The notes: generated by a model not told the origin, from the sequence alone. A stretch of DNA of 64,000 nt from Abditibacteriota bacterium (GCA_017445025.1 JAFSVJ010000090.1:156-64155), one strand, 5' to 3'. Counted from the first letter of the stretch, positions 47,736-57,705 are shown. Translations and numbers: made by a program.

Positions 47736-49096
47736 CGGTTTCTTTTTATACCTTAGGTTGTAAAGTTAATCAATACGAAACGGAAAAAATTAGAGCTCTC
47801 TTTGAACAAGAGGGCTTTATTACTGTGCCGTTTTCTGAAGGTGCGGATATTTGTGTCATTAACACTTGCACTGTCACTGGAGTGGCTGACGGTAAGAGCA
47901 GAGCTGTTATCAGAAAAGCAAAACATATTAATCCGGAGACTTTTGTGGTGGTGACAGGTTGTTATTCCCAAACACACAAAGAAGAAGTTGAGGCTTTAGA
48001 AGAATGTGACCTTGTGGTGGATATTAAAGATAAACTTAAAATACTTTATTATATCAAATCACAAATCACAAATTCCATCCCCCCGTCAGTTTCTAACGAA
48101 ACTGCCACCCGGGTGGGTGGGAGCCCTCAAGGCTCCGAAAAGTCAATAGACTTTTTGGAGAATGGGCAAGCCTATCGGCTTAGGGGGACAGAGGATTCTC
48201 ATGAAACAGAAGGACAAGCTCAAAAAATCACTCTTAGGCAGAGAACTCGGGCGGTTTTGAAAGTTCAAGACGGATGCCACCAATTTTGTTCTTATTGTTT
48301 GATACCTTTTGCAAGAAAAGAGCTTTACAGTGAACCCATAGAAAATGTTATAGAAGAAGTTCAAAACCTTTGTGATAACAATTATAAAGAGATTATTTTG
48401 ACGGGTATTAGACTGGGCTCCTATAATTATGAAGGAAATGACCTTTCCGCTCTCATTAAAATTATTTTAGAAAAAACCTCCATTGAGAAAATCAGGCTCT
48501 CTTCCATAGAAATGTGGGAGATAGATGACAAGCTTTTGGAGTTAATGAGTGACAGAAGGCTCTGTAATCACCTTCACATTCCTTTGCAACAGGGCACAGA
48601 CCAAATACTCAAGCTTATGAACAGACCCTATACTTCAGGGGATTATTTTTCTCTTATTGAAAAAATAAGAAATAAAATTCCCGATATAGGCATAACTACG
48701 GATGTTATTGCCGGGTTCCCTCAGGAAACGGATGAACTCTTTGAACAAAGTTGTGATTTTATCACAAAAGTCGGTTTCTCTCGTTTACATGTCTTTAAGT
48801 ATTCTCGTCGTCCGGGAACCGGTGCGGATAAAATGGAAGGTCAAATTGAGCCCGGGTTAAAAAAAGACAGAGTGAATACTTTGACGGAAATAGGAGAGAA
48901 ATTATCATACTCCTTTGGAAAAAAGCACATAAACAAAGATTGTGAAATGATTTTTGTTCAAAAGAAGAAAGATGGTTTTCTTTATGGCTATACAGATAAT
49001 TATATGGAAGTTATGACAGATAAGCCTTATTCTAAGAATGTTTATATGAAATTGAAACCTAAATCCTTGTCTCAAAAAGGAGTTTTGATTTTATAA
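47732..49096 (+). CDS. mtaB: MiaB-like tRNA methylthiotransferase (MtaB type) carrying an in-frame repeat insertion
   Basis: The N-terminal MTTase domain has VSFYTLGCKVNQYE, VINTCTVT and VVTGCY. The radical-SAM motif is GCHQFCSYC. The start overlaps the pfkA stop (ATGA). Confidence 0.85.
   Translation: MTVSFYTLGCKVNQYETEKIRALFEQEGFITVPFSEGADICVINTCTVTGVADGKSRAVIRKAKHINPETFVVVTGCYSQTHKEEVEALEECDLVVDIKDKLKILYYIKSQITNSIPPSVSNETATRVGGSPQGSEKSIDFLENGQAYRLRGTEDSHETEGQAQKITLRQRTRAVLKVQDGCHQFCSYCLIPFARKELYSEPIENVIEEVQNLCDNNYKEIILTGIRLGSYNYEGNDLSALIKIILEKTSIEKIRLSSIEMWEIDDKLLELMSDRRLCNHLHIPLQQGTDQILKLMNRPYTSGDYFSLIEKIRNKIPDIGITTDVIAGFPQETDELFEQSCDFITKVGFSRLHVFKYSRRPGTGADKMEGQIEPGLKKDRVNTLTEIGEKLSYSFGKKHINKDCEMIFVQKKKDGFLYGYTDNYMEVMTDKPYSKNVYMKLKPKSLSQKGVLIL
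48054..48195 (+). repeat. Mosaic hairpin repeat embedded in-frame in mtaB
   Basis: The sequence is AAATCACAAATCACAAA + CCATCCCCCCGTCAGTttctaacgaaACTGCCACCCGGGTGG + GGAGCCctcaaGGCTCC + AAAAGTCaataGACTTTTTGG + AAGCCtatcGGCTT + AGGGGGACAGAGG. The modules are shared with 15834..15897, 22279..22345 (rc) and 54983..55010. Confidence 0.8.
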
Positions 49097-49260
49097 AGCA
49101 ATAGGCTTATGGTTTATTTTGCATTCTTCATTTTGCATGGTCCCTTTTATCTCGCAAGTGAGGGAATGCAAAAGGGAGAATAGGCTTTTTGCAGTAATGG
49201 AGCCTTTATTATTAGCGGAGAAAGGTGCCCCCTTGTGGGGGCATTTTGTTATTATGTTGA
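49097..49260. repeat. Hairpin-repeat modules downstream of mtaB
   Basis: TTTTGCATTCTTCATTTTGCAT is the inverse of the AATGCAA heptads at 31249. CCCTTTTATCTCGCAAGTGAGGGAATGCAAAAGGGAG is nearly the same as 63243..63277. GGTGCCCCCttgtGGGGGCAT is also present. Confidence 0.65.
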
Positions 49261-49286
49261 AATTAAAGGTCATTTTGTGGTATAAT
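49257..49286 (+). promoter_or_regulatory. Promoter of the P-type ATPase gene (TTGAAA-18-TGgTATAAT)
   Basis: Extended -10 at 49278..49286, with a ~130-nt leader. Confidence 0.5.
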
Positions 49287-49333
49287 TACATTGTAGTTTA
49301 TTTAAAACTAATATTATAGTAGAAAACTTATTA

Positions 49334-49396
49334 TTTCAAATCACAAAATCGTGACGCTATGCACCATTAAAATTGGTGGGGATTGTGATTTGTTGT
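49334..49396. repeat. Miniature, degenerate repeat copy in the ATPase leader
   Basis: CAAATCACAAAATCGTGACGCtatGCACCAT...GGGGATTGTGATTTG. The ends are inverted (CAAATCACAA / TTGTGATTTG) and the hairpin carries two mismatches. Confidence 0.55.
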
Positions 49397-49419
49397 GTCT
49401 ACAAAATATAGGATTATAT

Positions 49420-52017
49420 ATGGAATTTAAAGGTTTAACACAAAAACAGGCAGAAGAGAGTGCCTTAAAATACGGAAAGAATACTTTAACACAACTTCCC
49501 CCTGTGCCACTGTGGAAGAAAATACTTTTGGGATTTACGGATCCCATGCTTTTAATTCTCTGTGTGGCTTTGTTGGTTCAATTAGTTTTGTTTTTACTCA
49601 AAAAGGCCGAATGGTATGAACCTGTTGGTGTTTTTGTTGCCATTATTATAGCTAACGGTGTGGCTTCTATAAGTGAGAATCGTCAGGAAGGCAAGGCTTT
49701 TGCCATGAAAGCCGAAGAAGAAGCTAAGGAAACCACAAAAATCATTCGTGACGGAGTATTATCCGAAAGGCATGTTTCCGAAGTTGTGACGGGAGATATT
49801 ATTTTCCTTCAAGCGGGAGACAAAATCCCCGCAGACGGTGAAGTGGTTCACGGAAGGATTATGGTAGACCAAGCTGTTCTCAACGGTGAAACCGAAGAAG
49901 CGGAGAAAATCCCCAACACCAATGATGAAGAGTATGATATTAAAGACCTTGTTAACCCTTACTACATATACAGAGGTTGTGTTGTAGTTGAAGGTGAAGC
50001 CTACCTGAAAGTCAAGGTTGTGGGAGATGCCACTTTATTTGGTCAATTGGCTTTGGAAGTTCAAGAAGAAAAAAGAGCCACTCCTTTGCAGGTTAAACTG
50101 GGTAAATTGGCAAAAGATATATCTACCTTTGGTTATATAGGTGCCGTTTGTATTATTCTTGCGGTTATAGGAAAAGCCTATTTTACAGGTTCTGTGAACA
50201 ACGACCTTATGAGTTGGGTGCAACTTATACTAAATGCTATAACCATTGCAGTCACCATTATAGTTTGTGCGGTTCCCGAAGGGCTTCCCATGCTCACATC
50301 TATTTTAATGTCTTTCCAAAGTATTAAAATGATTAAAGACAATGTTCTTGTGCGTAAAATCAACGGTTTGGAAACCAGTGGTAGTTTGAGTATTCTTTAC
50401 AGTGACAAAACAGGAACCATTACGGAAGGAAAGCTTTCCGTTGTTTCTGTGACTTGTGGAGATTTGACAAGTTTTAACAATCTCATATCTGCATCAGATA
50501 CTTTTACAGAAGATTATCTCATAGGAACGGGACTTAACAATTCAGCTATGGAAAGCAACGGAAAGGCCATTGGCGGAAACAATACAGACCGTGCCTTAAT
50601 GCAATTTCTCATAAATGAAGATAAAATAAAGTCTTTGGACAAAAGTGTTATTGAAGAGTTTCAATCTTTTGATTCAGCAAAAAAGTATTCTTCTTTGACA
50701 GTAAAACAAGGCGACAGGTCTGTTTCCTACATAAAAGGTGCACCGGAAATAATTGTGAATAAATGCACCTCTTTCGTAGACCAAAAAGGGCAAGTTAAGG
50801 AAGGTCTTGACAAAGATGCTATTAATGCCTTTATGAATGAACAAGCAGGCAGATCTATGAGACTTTTGGCTGTGGCAAAGACTGAGGGTAAAGAAATAGG
50901 AGACAATCTCACTTTGGTTTGTATACTTTCCATAAGAGATAATGTTCGTCCTGAGGCCGTAGACGCCATAAGAGAAGTTCAAGGTGCCGGTATTCAAGTG
51001 GTTATGATTACAGGGGACAGAAAGGAAACAGCTGAAGCCATTGCCAAAGAAGCGGGGCTTATGCGACTTAAAAGTGATGTTGCCTTAACTCACGCAGAGC
51101 TGGATGCCATGACTGATGATGAAATAAAGGAAATTTTACCGAATTTGCGAGTAGTGTCCCGTGCTATTCCCACTGATAAAAGCAGACTTGTGCGATTGGC
51201 ACAGGAACTTGATTTGGTTGTGGGTATGACGGGAGACGGTGTAAATGACAGTCCCGCTCTTAAAAAAGCTGATGTGGGATTTGCCATGGGTAGCGGAACG
51301 GAAGTTGCCAAAGCTGCGGGAGATATTACCATTTTAGATGATAATTTCCTCTCCATTGAAAAGGCCATACTTTACGGAAGAACCATGTTTAGAAGTATAA
51401 GAAAGTTCCTTATATTCCAGTTAACCGTAAATGTGGCTGCGGTGCTCACTTGTTTTTTAGGACCTTTAATGGGGCAGGATGTGGTATTGACTGTTATTCA
51501 GCTTCTGTTAATTAATTTGGTTATGGACACCTTGGCTGCCATAGCTTTTGGTAGTGAGCCGGCTCTTAAAGAGTATATGAAAGATAAACCTATTCCCAGA
51601 CGAGAACCCATTGTGACGTATAAAATGTATTCGCAAATAGCTTTGATAGCATTTTACATTACCTTTATTTGTTTGGCAATACTGTTTATTCCCGCCATAA
51701 GGGATTTGTTTGAAAACAGTCATGAAATGTATTTGAGAAGTGCTGTATTTGCCACATTTATGATGGCCATTGCTTTTAACGGTTTCAATGCAAGGACCGC
51801 CAAATTAAATTTACTTGACAAAATAGGCAGAAATATAAATTTCTGGTTTATAATGCTACTTATATTTGTGTTGCAATTTGTGTTTGTCACCTTTGGAGGA
51901 AAGGTTTTGGCTGTAGAACCTTTATCTTTCCACAGTTGGATGATATGTTTGGTATTTGCTTTAGTGGTTATACCATTGGAATTCTTCCGAAGAAGCATTA
52001 TGTATTTGTTTAGATAA
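49420..52017 (+). CDS. Cation-translocating P-type ATPase (type II, Ca2+-ATPase-like)
   Basis: The ATG at 49420 follows AGGA. Motifs present: DKTGTIT, MITGDRKETA and TGDGVNDSPALKKADVGFAMG. The 23-codon extension from 49351 lies in repeat DNA and is unlikely to be translated. Confidence 0.9.
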   Translation: MEFKGLTQKQAEESALKYGKNTLTQLPPVPLWKKILLGFTDPMLLILCVALLVQLVLFLLKKAEWYEPVGVFVAIIIANGVASISENRQEGKAFAMKAEEEAKETTKIIRDGVLSERHVSEVVTGDIIFLQAGDKIPADGEVVHGRIMVDQAVLNGETEEAEKIPNTNDEEYDIKDLVNPYYIYRGCVVVEGEAYLKVKVVGDATLFGQLALEVQEEKRATPLQVKLGKLAKDISTFGYIGAVCIILAVIGKAYFTGSVNNDLMSWVQLILNAITIAVTIIVCAVPEGLPMLTSILMSFQSIKMIKDNVLVRKINGLETSGSLSILYSDKTGTITEGKLSVVSVTCGDLTSFNNLISASDTFTEDYLIGTGLNNSAMESNGKAIGGNNTDRALMQFLINEDKIKSLDKSVIEEFQSFDSAKKYSSLTVKQGDRSVSYIKGAPEIIVNKCTSFVDQKGQVKEGLDKDAINAFMNEQAGRSMRLLAVAKTEGKEIGDNLTLVCILSIRDNVRPEAVDAIREVQGAGIQVVMITGDRKETAEAIAKEAGLMRLKSDVALTHAELDAMTDDEIKEILPNLRVVSRAIPTDKSRLVRLAQELDLVVGMTGDGVNDSPALKKADVGFAMGSGTEVAKAAGDITILDDNFLSIEKAILYGRTMFRSIRKFLIFQLTVNVAAVLTCFLGPLMGQDVVLTVIQLLLINLVMDTLAAIAFGSEPALKEYMKDKPIPRREPIVTYKMYSQIALIAFYITFICLAILFIPAIRDLFENSHEMYLRSAVFATFMMAIAFNGFNARTAKLNLLDKIGRNINFWFIMLLIFVLQFVFVTFGGKVLAVEPLSFHSWMICLVFALVVIPLEFFRRSIMYLFR

Positions 52018-52111
52018 GAAAGAATAGGATAATTATGTATTGTGCCGTTAAATAAATATTATTCTTTTATTTTCTGTTTAAGATTATGGTTTGCTTATCA
52101 AATATAATATT

Positions 52112-53074
52112 ATGAATTTTGTTTATGAAGAAGAAACTTCTCAAAGGTTGGATGTATATTTGGCGTCAGTGACGGATCTGTCCCGTTCTCAAATACAAAA
52201 ACTTGCTACCGATGAGAAAATAAGAGTTAATGATAAACTTCAAAAGAGTAATTTTAAATTATCTCTCGGAGATATTATAGAATTCACATATATGGAGTCT
52301 GTTCCTTCCGGTGTGGAGGCAGAGAATATTCCCATTAACATAGTTTATGAAGATGAAGACTTGTTGGTGGTGGATAAACCTAAGGGTATGAGTGTTCACC
52401 CTGCCCCCGGCTCTCCAAATCACACCCTTGTAAACGCTCTTTTGTATCATTCAAAATTTCTGTCTTCCATTGGGGGCGAAGAGCGTCCCGGTATTGTACA
52501 CAGGTTGGATAAAAATACTTCCGGGCTTTTGGTTGTTGCCAAAAATGATAAATGTCATAAGCTTTTGTCAGAAGCTCTAAAGAGGCGAGAGATTTCCAGA
52601 AAATATAAGGCTCTCGTTTGGGGTGTGCCGGATTTTTTGGAAGCAAAAGTGGATATGCCTATAGGCAGAGACCCCAAAGACAGAAAGAAAATGGCTGTTA
52701 TAAGTGACGAGGAGTTAAAAAAGAGAGATGCGGTCACTCATATAAAGGTTTTGAAAACATTTTCTCATTTTTCTTTACTTGAATGTGTATTGGAAACCGG
52801 CAGAACTCATCAAATCAGAGTTCACTTGTCATATATAGGTTATCCCGTTTTGGGAGACGAAGAATATAAGGGAGTTAAAAAAAAACTACCATTTCAAATG
52901 GGATCGGCGAGGGAAATGGAGTTTAGGAAATTGTTATATAACGGTGAGGGGCAACTGTTACATGCTTATGAGATGTCCTTTGTTCATCCTATTAAAGGAG
53001 AGAGAATGACCTTTTCTTCCCCATTGCCTGAAAATTTTGAAAAAATGTTAAATTTTGTGGAATCTTTGGATTAG
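52112..53074 (+). CDS. rluD: RluA-family 23S rRNA pseudouridine synthase (RluD-like)
   Basis: It has an S4-like N-terminus (RLDVYLA), the catalytic HRLDKNTSGLLVVAK and GRTHQIRVH. Confidence 0.85.
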   Translation: MNFVYEEETSQRLDVYLASVTDLSRSQIQKLATDEKIRVNDKLQKSNFKLSLGDIIEFTYMESVPSGVEAENIPINIVYEDEDLLVVDKPKGMSVHPAPGSPNHTLVNALLYHSKFLSSIGGEERPGIVHRLDKNTSGLLVVAKNDKCHKLLSEALKRREISRKYKALVWGVPDFLEAKVDMPIGRDPKDRKKMAVISDEELKKRDAVTHIKVLKTFSHFSLLECVLETGRTHQIRVHLSYIGYPVLGDEEYKGVKKKLPFQMGSAREMEFRKLLYNGEGQLLHAYEMSFVHPIKGERMTFSSPLPENFEKMLNFVESLD

Positions 53075-53075
53075 C

Positions 53076-54782
53076 ATGTTAGTTAATGATATTAAAGTTA
53101 AAGAATTACCGGATAAGAATGAAATTTGGTCTGTTGCAAAAAAATATGATTTGAACCCTGTGCTATCTGCCATAATTCTTCAAAGGGGGATTAAGGATGA
53201 TTTTGATATAAAAATGTTCCTTACAGGCGAAAGAGGTTATCTTCATGACCCCTTTGAAATGAAAGATATGTATAAAGCTGTGGAACTTCTCTCTGAAGCA
53301 AGACAGGAGAGGAAAAGAGTGGTGATTTTCGGAGATTACGATGTGGATGGTGCCTGCTCTCTTGCCATAGTGTATACAGCATTAAAGACCTTAAACTTCC
53401 GAGTAAATTGGTATCTTCCCGACAGGAAAAAAGATAAATATGACCTTCAAAAAAAGCATGTAGACGATATTGCCTTAATGGGTTGTGATTTGCTTATTAC
53501 CACAGATACGGGCTCTAACGCTGTGGAAGCTGTGGAATATGCCAAAAAGAAAGGAATGAAGGTTTTGGTAACGGATCACCATTCCATTACAACTCAATCA
53601 AAGCCCGACGCTCTCGTAAATCCTCAAAGGGAGGATTGTTCCTATCTCTTTAAAAGATTAAGCGGAACCGGAGTGGCTTTTAAGCTTGTTGTGGCTTTTT
53701 TGCACAAATTTGCTTTAAATCCTTATGCTTTTACGGATTCTGTTATAGATTTGGTCACTCTTGCCACTATAGCTGACGTTATGCCTTTGCTGGATGAAAA
53801 CAGAGTTTTGGTAAAAATGGGTCTTGAAACTATGGTTCAAAAAGCCCATGTGGGAGTTCAAACTCTGTTGCGAGAAGCTAATTTGTATAAGGATATTACA
53901 AGCACTCAGCTTTCTTTTAAAGTAATACCAAAGCTAAACTCTGCCGGGCGAATGGGAAGAGCGGATTTGGCATATAAATTATTAATAGAAAACGATCCTT
54001 TAAAGGCTTTAGAGTTATATAAGGAAATTTGTGACTTAAACGAAGAAAGGCTTGCCCTTGAGGACAGGGCGGAAAGGGAAGCGGATGAGATTATAAAAGA
54101 ACAAGGCATGACAAAGGACAATGTTTTGGTTCTGTATAATCCAAATTGGAATAATGCCATTTGCGGAAATGTGTCCTCAAAGCTAAACAAAAAATATAAC
54201 AAACTAACCGTTGTTTTCGGTAAAATGGAAGGGGAAGAGGAGTTTGTTAAAGGTAGCGCAAGGCAAAAGGAAAATATAAACCTTTTGGAACTTGTGGGAA
54301 AATGTGAAGAGTTTTTGGAACAGTATGGAGGCCACAAAGAAGCTGTGGGCTTAACCATAAGACCGGAAAATATTGATCTTTTCAGAAAAAAAATAAATGA
54401 AGCTTATGGGACTATAGAAAAGGATGAAGCCTTTTTGTGTGATATCAGTTTAAAACCTGAGGCTATTGATATAAATCTTTGTGAAGAACTCACTAAACTT
54501 ATGCCCTATGGCGCTTGTAATGAAGAGCCTCTGTTTTTAACAAGAAATATGAGAATTGCTCAAGCAAGAAATATGGGCAAAGAGGCACAGCATACAAAAT
54601 TGACCTTTCAGATAGATACTAATCGGTTTATTGAGGGGGTTATTTGGAATCAAAAAGACGAAAGATTAGCTCCCGGAGTTGTGGTAGATGTAGCATATAA
54701 TTTGGAAATAAATGATTTTAATTTTCAAAAATTACCACAGATGAAAATAGCGGCACTAAAGATAAGGGAAGAAGGAAATTAA
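53076..54782 (+). CDS. recJ: Single-stranded-DNA-specific exonuclease RecJ
   Basis: DHH motifs (IFGDYDVDGA, TDTG, TDHH) and the DHHA1 GGH (YGGHKEAVG) are present. The ATG at 53076 lies just after the rluD stop. Confidence 0.88.
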   Translation: MLVNDIKVKELPDKNEIWSVAKKYDLNPVLSAIILQRGIKDDFDIKMFLTGERGYLHDPFEMKDMYKAVELLSEARQERKRVVIFGDYDVDGACSLAIVYTALKTLNFRVNWYLPDRKKDKYDLQKKHVDDIALMGCDLLITTDTGSNAVEAVEYAKKKGMKVLVTDHHSITTQSKPDALVNPQREDCSYLFKRLSGTGVAFKLVVAFLHKFALNPYAFTDSVIDLVTLATIADVMPLLDENRVLVKMGLETMVQKAHVGVQTLLREANLYKDITSTQLSFKVIPKLNSAGRMGRADLAYKLLIENDPLKALELYKEICDLNEERLALEDRAEREADEIIKEQGMTKDNVLVLYNPNWNNAICGNVSSKLNKKYNKLTVVFGKMEGEEEFVKGSARQKENINLLELVGKCEEFLEQYGGHKEAVGLTIRPENIDLFRKKINEAYGTIEKDEAFLCDISLKPEAIDINLCEELTKLMPYGACNEEPLFLTRNMRIAQARNMGKEAQHTKLTFQIDTNRFIEGVIWNQKDERLAPGVVVDVAYNLEINDFNFQKLPQMKIAALKIREEGN

Positions 54783-55075
54783 AGATTTTAAAATCACAAA
54801 AACCCATCTCAAAAAAGTTTCGTTACGCAAGAGCTTTTTAGGGTGAGTCTGACAACTTAGGTGTTGGCTTAAATTATTAGGCTTCTATCGTAAAATTTGC
54901 AGTTTTGCAAATTTTACTCCTGACCACCCACCACAATGGCTAACGCCTTGTGGTCCCCCCTCCTTCCAAATCCCTAAAAGTTTCGCTATTCGCTCAACTT
55001 TTTGGAAACCCTTGGATGAAAGGAATTTGCGGTTGCAAATTCAGTTCAAAGAGGGTGAAGTAGGTTTGCTAATAA
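54783..55075 (+). repeat. Mosaic repeat cluster containing one full copy (with a nested insertion) of the ~155-bp structured unit
   Basis: 54855..55066 reads TTAGGTGTTGGCTTAAATTATTAGGCTTCTATCGTAAAATTTGCAgtttTGCAAATTTTACTCCTGACCACCCACC...GGTCCCCCCTCCTT..[AAAAGT hairpin insert]..GAATTTGCggtTGCAAATTCAGTTCAAAGAGGGTGAAG. It is in the same orientation as 62909..63220. Confidence 0.8.
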
Positions 55076-55094
55076 TAGGAAATGTTATAACGAT

Positions 55095-56099
55095 ATGGCA
55101 AAAGAACAATTAGGATATATTTCTATACTATACACCATAGGTGCTATATTTATTGTTTTATTTCACAGTGTGAATTATATACAACCTTCTTGGACAGTCA
55201 AGTATACCCATATTCTTGGAATAATGACAATGGTTATTTTTCTGTTTTTTGCCGGTTTTCTTTTGAGTTATACAAACGGAGTAGAGAGAAAAGGGTTTAA
55301 AAACTATATTTGGGGTAAAGTTCAAAGGTTGTTGATTCCTTACTGGTTTCTCAGCACAGTGGTTTATCTTATAAAGTGGCTTGTAATGGGGGATAGCATT
55401 GGTATATATAGCTATATTGAAATGCTGTTTGTTCCGAGAGATAATTCATTGGGTCACTTTTGGTTTATACCTCTTTTGTTTAATATGTATTTGATTTATG
55501 CTGTATTTATTCATATATCAAAAGACAATACTGTGAAAAGAAAGATAATAAACATTGGTTTATTGGTAATCTTCTTGTTTCTGCATATTTTTGTGGGAAA
55601 TAGAATGGATTCTCATATTGTTTTTGGAATTCAAGATATTTGTTATTATGGCATTGTGTTTGCCTTGGGATACTTTTTGAGCGATTTTATTTTAAGAGAA
55701 AAAGACCGTATTTTTAACTATTATACTCTATCCCTGTTTGGCATACTGTCTGTTGTCGCTTGTTGTTTGATAATAAAATATCATATAGTTTTTTACTACT
55801 ATGTGTCTATTGTATTAGTCACCATTTTCCCCTTTGCCTTTATATTGAGCTATTTGGTAAGAGATCAATATAATAACAGATTTTTCCAATTCTTTGATAA
55901 GAAATATTTTATAATTTATTTATACCATTGGATTGTGGAATTTGGTGTTATTATGATTGTAGACAGAGTTTTTCATTTTGTGCCAATAGCAAGAGTTTTG
56001 GTTTTTGCATGCGGATTGTTAGTGCCGGTTTTATTGTATAATTTAGTGAATAAAATGGGTGTTAAAAATAACTTTTTAAGATTGCTTTTGGGAATGTAA
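55095..56099 (+). CDS. Acyltransferase family 3 membrane protein (O-acyltransferase)
   Basis: 334 aa with ~10 TM helices and an N-terminal His-containing segment (IFIVLFHSV). Confidence 0.7.
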   Translation: MAKEQLGYISILYTIGAIFIVLFHSVNYIQPSWTVKYTHILGIMTMVIFLFFAGFLLSYTNGVERKGFKNYIWGKVQRLLIPYWFLSTVVYLIKWLVMGDSIGIYSYIEMLFVPRDNSLGHFWFIPLLFNMYLIYAVFIHISKDNTVKRKIINIGLLVIFLFLHIFVGNRMDSHIVFGIQDICYYGIVFALGYFLSDFILREKDRIFNYYTLSLFGILSVVACCLIIKYHIVFYYYVSIVLVTIFPFAFILSYLVRDQYNNRFFQFFDKKYFIIYLYHWIVEFGVIMIVDRVFHFVPIARVLVFACGLLVPVLLYNLVNKMGVKNNFLRLLLGM

Positions 56100-56109
56100 T
56101 TATTAAAAT

Positions 56110-56772
56110 ATGGATTTTTCACGAACAAAAGGTTTTTATAATCTTTACGGCAAAAGAATTTTTGATTTGCTTTTTGCCATAGTTTTATTTTGTTTGTTTT
56201 TTTGGGTATATTTATTTATAGCCATAATTATTGTTGCCACGGACGGTTTTCCTATATTTTACAGAGGTCTCAGAGGCGGCTTTCACAATAAATCTTTCAG
56301 AATAATTAAATTTAGAACCATGGTAAAAAATGCAGAAAAAATAGGGGGTGGTACAACAGCTTTAAATGACACAAGAATAACAAAAATAGGCAGAATATTA
56401 AGAAAAACCAAATTAGACGAAATCCCTCAGATATTTAATGTAATTAGGGGAGAGATGTCTTTTGTTGGGCCCAGACCGGAATTGCTGCAATATACAAGTA
56501 AATATGAAGGAGACGAAAAGTATATTTTAGAAGTTCGTCCCGGTATAACGGATTATAGTTCACTTGCATATATCTCATTGGATGAAATTGTTGGTGAAGA
56601 AGATGTGGACAGAATGTATGAAGAAAAGGTTTTAAAAAGGAAAAATAGACTTAGAATGAAGTATGTAAGTGAAATATGTATTAAAACAGATTTTATTCTT
56701 TTTTTTAAGACTATAAGCAAAACCTTTAGAAAATCAAAGGAGTTTGTTGTAGATGGAAAAAGTGAATATTAA
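56110..56772 (+). CDS. Small monotopic phosphoglycosyl transferase (bacterial sugar transferase family)
   Basis: KRIFDLLFAI.., PIFYRGLRGG..F.IIKFRTM, LDEIPQIFNVIRGEMSFVGPRPE. Confidence 0.88.
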   Translation: MDFSRTKGFYNLYGKRIFDLLFAIVLFCLFFWVYLFIAIIIVATDGFPIFYRGLRGGFHNKSFRIIKFRTMVKNAEKIGGGTTALNDTRITKIGRILRKTKLDEIPQIFNVIRGEMSFVGPRPELLQYTSKYEGDEKYILEVRPGITDYSSLAYISLDEIVGEEDVDRMYEEKVLKRKNRLRMKYVSEICIKTDFILFFKTISKTFRKSKEFVVDGKSEY

Positions 56773-57691
56773 AAATACTGATTTGTATGTGCCCAGAATA
56801 TGCGTAGGAGGTTGTCCTTTTGGGGGATACGGCTGGGGTATAGTTAATTATGATGATGTTATTGAGACAATATATTCAGCTATGGATTTAGGTGCCAATT
56901 TTTTTGATACGGCTGATGTTTACGGATTAGGTGAAAGTGAAAGGATTATAGGAGATTGTTTGAAAGGCAGACGAGATAAAGCGGTTATAGCCACTAAATT
57001 TGGGGTAGTCTTTGATTATCAAACAAAAAGAAGATATAATAATAGTGAAATTTATATAAGAAGGGCTATTGAAGGTAGTTTGAGAAGGCTTCAAACCGAT
57101 TATATAGATCTTTATCAAGTTCATTACAGAGATGGTGAAACTCCACTTGATGAGGTAGTAAATACACTAAAAGCTTTGCAACAGGAAGGAAAGATAAGAT
57201 ATTTTGGAATGTCAAATATTCATCAAGAACAAGCTCTTGAATTAAAACCTTTTAAGGATGTTTTTGTTTCTTTTCAAAATGAATTTTCTCTTGCTTGCAG
57301 AAAAAACGAAGAAGATATGCATGTTTTCTCATCTGAGTATAACATGACTCCCTTAACTTGGGGATCTTTAGGACAAGGAATTTTAACCGGTAAGTATGAT
57401 AAAAATGTAAAGTTTACCAAAGATGACAGAAGAAGCAGAAAAGAATATGTAAACTTTCATGGAAGGAAACTTTCGAAAAATCTAAAAATAGTTGATGAAT
57501 TAAAAAAGATATCTGATGAAATTAATAAACCGATCTCTGCCATAGCAATAAGATTTATACTTGATTATTTAAAAGACAGTATTGTGTTGGTTGGTGTGAA
57601 AAACAAAAAACAATTAGAAGATAACGTTAAGGCTCTTGATTGGAATTTAACACAAGAGCAATTGGATTTGCTGAATAAAAAAAGTATTTGA
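56753..57691 (+). CDS. Aldo/keto reductase
   Basis: 312 aa with FFDTADVYG.GESE, DYIDLYQVH and YFGMSN. Confidence 0.85.
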   Translation: MEKVNIKNTDLYVPRICVGGCPFGGYGWGIVNYDDVIETIYSAMDLGANFFDTADVYGLGESERIIGDCLKGRRDKAVIATKFGVVFDYQTKRRYNNSEIYIRRAIEGSLRRLQTDYIDLYQVHYRDGETPLDEVVNTLKALQQEGKIRYFGMSNIHQEQALELKPFKDVFVSFQNEFSLACRKNEEDMHVFSSEYNMTPLTWGSLGQGILTGKYDKNVKFTKDDRRSRKEYVNFHGRKLSKNLKIVDELKKISDEINKPISAIAIRFILDYLKDSIVLVGVKNKKQLEDNVKALDWNLTQEQLDLLNKKSI

Positions 57692-57705
57692 TTTTTGGAA
57701 AATAT

